DNA of 24,000 nt from the NCBI RefSeq assembly GCF_055900655.2, contig NZ_CM148328.1, one strand, 5' to 3'. A model generated the notes under the pieces. It was not told the origin of the DNA. It searched no databases and saw nothing but the letters and a program-made list of their open reading frames with translations. The first letter of the stretch is position 1; each line of letters starts with the position of its first letter. The translations under genes were made by a program, and so were the position numbers. Below are positions 20,025 through 24,000 of the stretch, one piece after another.

Positions 20025-20351
20025 TTAACCACCTGCGAGTTTTACCTTCATCCCTTTCGCTTCAAGTAGTGATTTTAATAAATCACGCTTATCGCCCTGG
20101 ATTTCAATAACTCCATCTTTAACTGCTCCGCCGCAGCCGCATTTTTTCTTCAGTTCCGCTGCAAGTTTTGTCAGTTCGGCATCATCGAGATCGACACCGG
20201 TAATCAGGCAAACGCCCTTACCTTTACGTCCACTGGTCTGACGCTGAATACGCACCACACCGTCGCCTTTAGGGCGTACAGGGGCCGCTTTGGGCTCATC
20301 AATACGTCCGGTTTCCGTTGAGTAGACCAGACGGCTGTTGGAATCACTCAT
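20025..20351 (-). CDS. yciH: eIF1/SUI1-family translation factor homologue YciH
   Basis: 108 aa from [17 protein letters not shown]...; GVCLITGVDLDDAELTKLAAELKKKCGCGGAVKDGVIEIQGDKRDLLKSLLEAKGMKVKLAGG SUI1 domain. Confidence 0.96.
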   Translation of the reverse strand: MSDSNSRLVYSTETGRIDEPKAAPVRPKGDGVVRIQRQTSGRKGKGVCLITGVDLDDAELTKLAAELKKKCGCGGAVKDGVIEIQGDKRDLLKSLLEAKGMKVKLAGG

Positions 20352-21088
20352 CATGCACTCCGCTGTAAAGAGGCGTTGATCGCTTTCAGCGTCTGCGCTG
20401 GATCTACCGATTGCGTTACCGGGCGACCAATCACCATATAATCAACACCAGCCGACAACGCCTGTTCTGGCGTCATAATGCGGCGCTGGTCACCAGCTTC
20501 ACTCCCCTGCGGACGAATGCCCGGCGTAACCAGTTTGAACTCCTGACCGAATACCTGTTTAAAGCGCACAGCTTCCTGAGCAGAACACACCACACCATCA
20601 AGGCCACATTTTTGCGTCAGTGCCGCCAGACGTTCTGCATAATCTGCAGGTGACAGTGTCATGCCAAGATCGACCAGGTCGCTGGCTTCCATGCTGGTCA
20701 ACACTGTCACAGCAATCAAAAGCGGTGCATCTTTGCCAAACGGAACCAGTGCCTCACGCGCTGCGGTCATCATACGCGCCCCACCAGAGGCATGAACATT
20801 CACCATCCACACGCCTAAGTCAGCTGCAGCAGCGACAGCGTGCGCAGCAGTGTTAGGAATATCGTGGAATTTCAGGTCAAGAAAGATATCAAAACCACGC
20901 TGTTGAAGTTCGCGCACAAACTGTGGCCCAAACAATGTAAACATCTCTTTGCCGACCTTCAGACGACAATCGCGTGGTTCGATCTTGTCGACAAAGGACA
21001 GCGCGTCATCACGATTATGATAATCAAGGGCAACAACCACAGGAGAATTCGTAACAGCGCGGGAAGAAGATGAAGCAGTTAACGTCAT
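20351..21088 (-). CDS. pyrF: orotidine-5'-phosphate decarboxylase
   Basis: [30 protein letters not shown]...[14 protein letters not shown]; 245 aa from this start rather than the 265 aa ORF; stop overlaps the yciH start. Confidence 0.97.
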   Translation of the reverse strand: MTLTASSSSRAVTNSPVVVALDYHNRDDALSFVDKIEPRDCRLKVGKEMFTLFGPQFVRELQQRGFDIFLDLKFHDIPNTAAHAVAAAADLGVWMVNVHASGGARMMTAAREALVPFGKDAPLLIAVTVLTSMEASDLVDLGMTLSPADYAERLAALTQKCGLDGVVCSAQEAVRFKQVFGQEFKLVTPGIRPQGSEAGDQRRIMTPEQALSAGVDYMVIGRPVTQSVDPAQTLKAINASLQRSA

Positions 21089-21280
21089 GACCAGACCTTC
21101 TTGATGATGGGCACCGGAAGTGGCGCGAAACAGGTAAACGGCGAGCATTCTACCCGTGGAAATAAAAAATTAACAGTTGCGATTTTTCCCCTGGCAGGCT
21201 TTTTCTGCGCCGTCGTTGCCGGAGCACAATGGAACATCAATAACTAGTATGTTGTAACTAAAGTAGGATTTTTTTAAAAA

Positions 21281-22450
21281 TTACAGGCCATCAAGACCGC
21301 GAATCGGTTTAATGGTTGACCAGGCCCGACAAGACGGACAATGCCAGTAGAGGGTGTATGCGGTAAAACCACATTTCTGGCAGCGATAACGAGGCTTACT
21401 ACGTACCTTTTCGCCAACCATGTCACGCAGCACCATCAGGCTCTCTTTGGCACGCCCTTCTTCCGCTTCATTTAAGTGGTAATCCATTAACTTATGGAAC
21501 ACACGCATGGTCGGATGACGCTGAAGCTGGCGCGTAATATAGACCTGTGCGGCCTCACTACCGTCGCGCGCTTCGATGATATCAGCAAGCATCAATTCAG
21601 CATCGGCACCGGTGTTCTCTTCCACCGCGCGTTGCAGGAATTCTGCCCATTCGGCAGTTTTACCCAACTGCTGATAGCAGGTTTGCAACATTTCCAGCGT
21701 TTCGCTGACCAGTTCTCTGTCCTGGGATATCACGCGTTGCAAACTTTCGACGGCTTTGGCGTATTCTCCTTTCGCCATAAACACGCGTCCCATCATGATG
21801 GATACGCGGGCGCTGTTTTTATCTGCCGCCGCCCCTTTTTTTAGCAAGGTCATGGCACGATCGAGATCGTCGCTGGCCATATGCTGCAGGGCTAACTCAC
21901 AGTAGAAATGGGCAATTTCGACGCGCTGTTTATCTTTACCCAGCTTCACCAGGCGTTCGGCAACATCAATTGCTTTCTGCCACTCACTGGTAGCCTGGTA
22001 GATTTGTAGCAACTGTTGCAGAGCGCCAATGCGGAAGTCAGTTTCATCGGTCAGCTGATTGAACATGTCTTCCGCGCGGTCGTATAACCCGGCGGCCATG
22101 TAATCACGCCCTAGTTGTTGAATCGCCAACAGACGCTGTTCATAGGTCAGCGAGGCGCTTTCCATTAGGGTCTGATGGATGCGAATAGCGCGATCAACTT
22201 CGCCACGCGAACGGAACAGGTTTCCGAGCGTAAGGTGGGCTTCAACGGTGCCTGTATCCTCTTTAAGCATATCGAGAAACAGGTCTACCGCTTTATCCTG
22301 TTGATTACTAAGCAGGAAGTTAACCCCCGCTACGTAATCACGCGACAAGCGGTTGGCTTCATCTTGCTTGTTTTGTTGCGCACTTCTGCGGCCCATATAC
22401 CAGCCATAGGCAGCGGCTACAGGCAAAAGCAGAAACAACAACTCCAGCAT
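21281..22450 (-). CDS. lapB: LPS assembly regulator LapB (YciM), TPR + rubredoxin-like metal-binding domain
   Basis: 389 aa; N-terminal TM helix, TPR repeats, C-terminal CxxC...CPSC (YRCQKCGFTAYTLYWHCPSCRAWSTI). Confidence 0.97.
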   Translation of the reverse strand: MLELLFLLLPVAAAYGWYMGRRSAQQNKQDEANRLSRDYVAGVNFLLSNQQDKAVDLFLDMLKEDTGTVEAHLTLGNLFRSRGEVDRAIRIHQTLMESASLTYEQRLLAIQQLGRDYMAAGLYDRAEDMFNQLTDETDFRIGALQQLLQIYQATSEWQKAIDVAERLVKLGKDKQRVEIAHFYCELALQHMASDDLDRAMTLLKKGAAADKNSARVSIMMGRVFMAKGEYAKAVESLQRVISQDRELVSETLEMLQTCYQQLGKTAEWAEFLQRAVEENTGADAELMLADIIEARDGSEAAQVYITRQLQRHPTMRVFHKLMDYHLNEAEEGRAKESLMVLRDMVGEKVRSKPRYRCQKCGFTAYTLYWHCPSCRAWSTIKPIRGLDGL

Positions 22451-22456
22451 AGAAAG

Positions 22457-22765
22457 TTATTCCTTCGCCGCTGACGAGTGCGGCACTACAGCCACGTCAG
22501 TCGCGGGTGAAAGCTGGTTTTCCAGTCGCTTTATTTTACGTTCAGCGCGCGCCAGGGAAACACGAACTCGCAGCCAGAACAGGCCACAAATCAACCAACC
22601 GATAGCAAACCCCGCAGCAAACAATACCGCCAGCAATGTGGAAATACGGTACTCCCCTTGCGCTAACAGATAATTAAACGTCACCTGTTGATCGTTCTGC
22701 GCACCCAACGTGACCGAAATCACGAAGATCGCTAACACCAGTAAGAAAATGAGTAAATATTTCAC
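22457..22765 (-). CDS. lapA: LPS assembly protein LapA (YciS), DUF1049
   Basis: 102 aa with two hydrophobic segments and C-terminal coiled coil; immediately upstream of lapB. Confidence 0.96.
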   Translation of the reverse strand: MKYLLIFLLVLAIFVISVTLGAQNDQQVTFNYLLAQGEYRISTLLAVLFAAGFAIGWLICGLFWLRVRVSLARAERKIKRLENQLSPATDVAVVPHSSAAKE

Positions 22766-22913
22766 ATTACTTCCCGTTATGTGGTTAGAGCGAATAAATT
22801 ATGGTCAACTTACCGCAATAGCCCTTTAAAGTACCATTTTCGCGCCGTCTGCGAAATGGCATCCACGCGCATTGTTGATGATTTAAGGGCTAAATTCGGA
22901 AAATCAACCAGCG

Positions 22914-23678
22914 TTAACTTTCTTGTTCTCGTTGCGCTATTTCGCGATTTTCTTCCGCAGGTGGTGTTAATGGCCCACAAATTCGTTGCGCAAGCCACGT
23001 TGCCACCGCCACCAGCGCCCACGAAATCAACGTAGCTACTACCAGATCGCGTGGCCAATGCATCCCGAGCAGCAGGCGGCTTCCCATGACTCCCGTTGCC
23101 CAGACCAGCAAGATAGCAATGGTTAACGTTCGCCGACGCGGCCACAGCAAACCAACGGCCAGCAGTGCCCAACTGGCAGCAAACATCGTGTGACCGGAAG
23201 GAAAGGCAAACCCCGTCTCTTTCTGCCAGTGTGAACGCAAATATTGTGGGATATTTTTCTCTTCAGCCAACTGTTCTTTCACTAGATTTCCGCGTTCTGC
23301 TCGCTTTAAAGTGTAGAACTCATCAACCGGAATATGATGTGTTTTTTCCAGCCAGATAACAAAAGGTCGTGGTTCCTGGACTTTGTCTTTGATCCAGGAT
23401 TTAACGCCTTGTCCCACAAGGATTGCGGCCGCCAGAATGGCAAATAATACAAAGGCAGCCTTAATGCGAAAACGCAGACACCAGAGAAACCAGCCGAATA
23501 AAATCAAATGTGTAATGACGCCCCAGGGCTGGGTGACAGTTTCAGTAACCCAAAAAGCCGCTTTTAGTAGCCAACTTTGTTCTCCAGGTTGCCAACGCCA
23601 GCCAGAAATCCATACGGCTACTGGCATGACAAGCAATAGTGCAGCTCCCACTGCGGTACGTCTGGCAATCGAACGCAT
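22914..23678 (-). CDS. pgpB: phosphatidylglycerophosphatase B / undecaprenyl-pyrophosphate phosphatase (PAP2 family)
   Basis: 254 aa; PAP2 motifs KVQEPRP, PSGHTMFAAS, GSRLLLGMHWPRDL. Confidence 0.97.
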   Translation of the reverse strand: MRSIARRTAVGAALLLVMPVAVWISGWRWQPGEQSWLLKAAFWVTETVTQPWGVITHLILFGWFLWCLRFRIKAAFVLFAILAAAILVGQGVKSWIKDKVQEPRPFVIWLEKTHHIPVDEFYTLKRAERGNLVKEQLAEEKNIPQYLRSHWQKETGFAFPSGHTMFAASWALLAVGLLWPRRRTLTIAILLVWATGVMGSRLLLGMHWPRDLVVATLISWALVAVATWLAQRICGPLTPPAEENREIAQREQES

Positions 23679-23847
23679 GGCCTCTCCTTTTTGATAAGTC
23701 CCACAATCATAACTGAAAACGCCAGTTCCAGGAAAAATTGACAGATTTGTGCCATTCCGTGAACGATCGACGCGTCGTGATTAGGTGAACCCCTTCTCGT
23801 TATGGCAAAATAAGCCAATACAGAACCAGCATTATCTGGAGAATTTC

Positions 23848-24000
23848 ATGCAGCTTAAACGTGTGGCAGAAGCCAAACTGCCAACCCCATGGGGCGATTT
23901 CCTGATGGTGGGATTTGAAGAACTGGCAACCGGACACGATCATGTCGCGCTAGTCTATGGCGATATTTCCGGGCATACCCCGGTACTTGCGCGCGTCCAT
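23848..24000 (+). CDS. ribA: GTP cyclohydrolase II, N-terminal part (truncated by window edge)
   Basis: [51 protein letters not shown]; open to the window end. Confidence 0.96.

Noticed and set aside
22833-22859. CCATTTTCGC...GCGAAATGG inverted repeat between lapA and pgpB
   Set aside because: Requires a bulge and could be a simple 3' structure for pgpB; too weak to claim a function.
1-24000. Search for a previously undescribed multi-gene system, prophage, CRISPR array or defence locus
   Set aside because: Every substantial CDS matches a known core gene in the standard E. coli order; no direct-repeat arrays, integrase, transposase or atypical gene cluster was seen by eye.

Overview
This window is an ordinary, well-conserved stretch of Escherichia coli (or very close relative) chromosome, recognised from gene content, protein sequence and gene order. 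Left to right: puuC (partial, -), puuR (-), puuD (-), puuA (+), puuP (+), ymjA (+), the sapABCDF operon (+), ycjD (+), fabI (+), yciW (+), rnb (+), pdeR/gmr (+), yciZ (+), yciT (+), osmB (+), yciH (-), pyrF (-), lapB/yciM (-), lapA/yciS (-), pgpB (-), ribA (partial, +). I found no phage, IS element, CRISPR array, toxin-antitoxin module or defence island, and nothing that supports a new multi-gene system. The items worth a second look are small: a perfect 18-bp inverted repeat covering the ribosome-binding/start region of the orphan DUF559-family gene ycjD, a pair of inverted GC-rich repeats just downstream of it (one forming its last codons), hairpins in the 5' leaders of sapA and pdeR, and a cluster of PuuR-like operators in the puuD/puuA divergent region. 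Most other ORFs in the supplied track are antisense or frame-shifted shadows of real genes.
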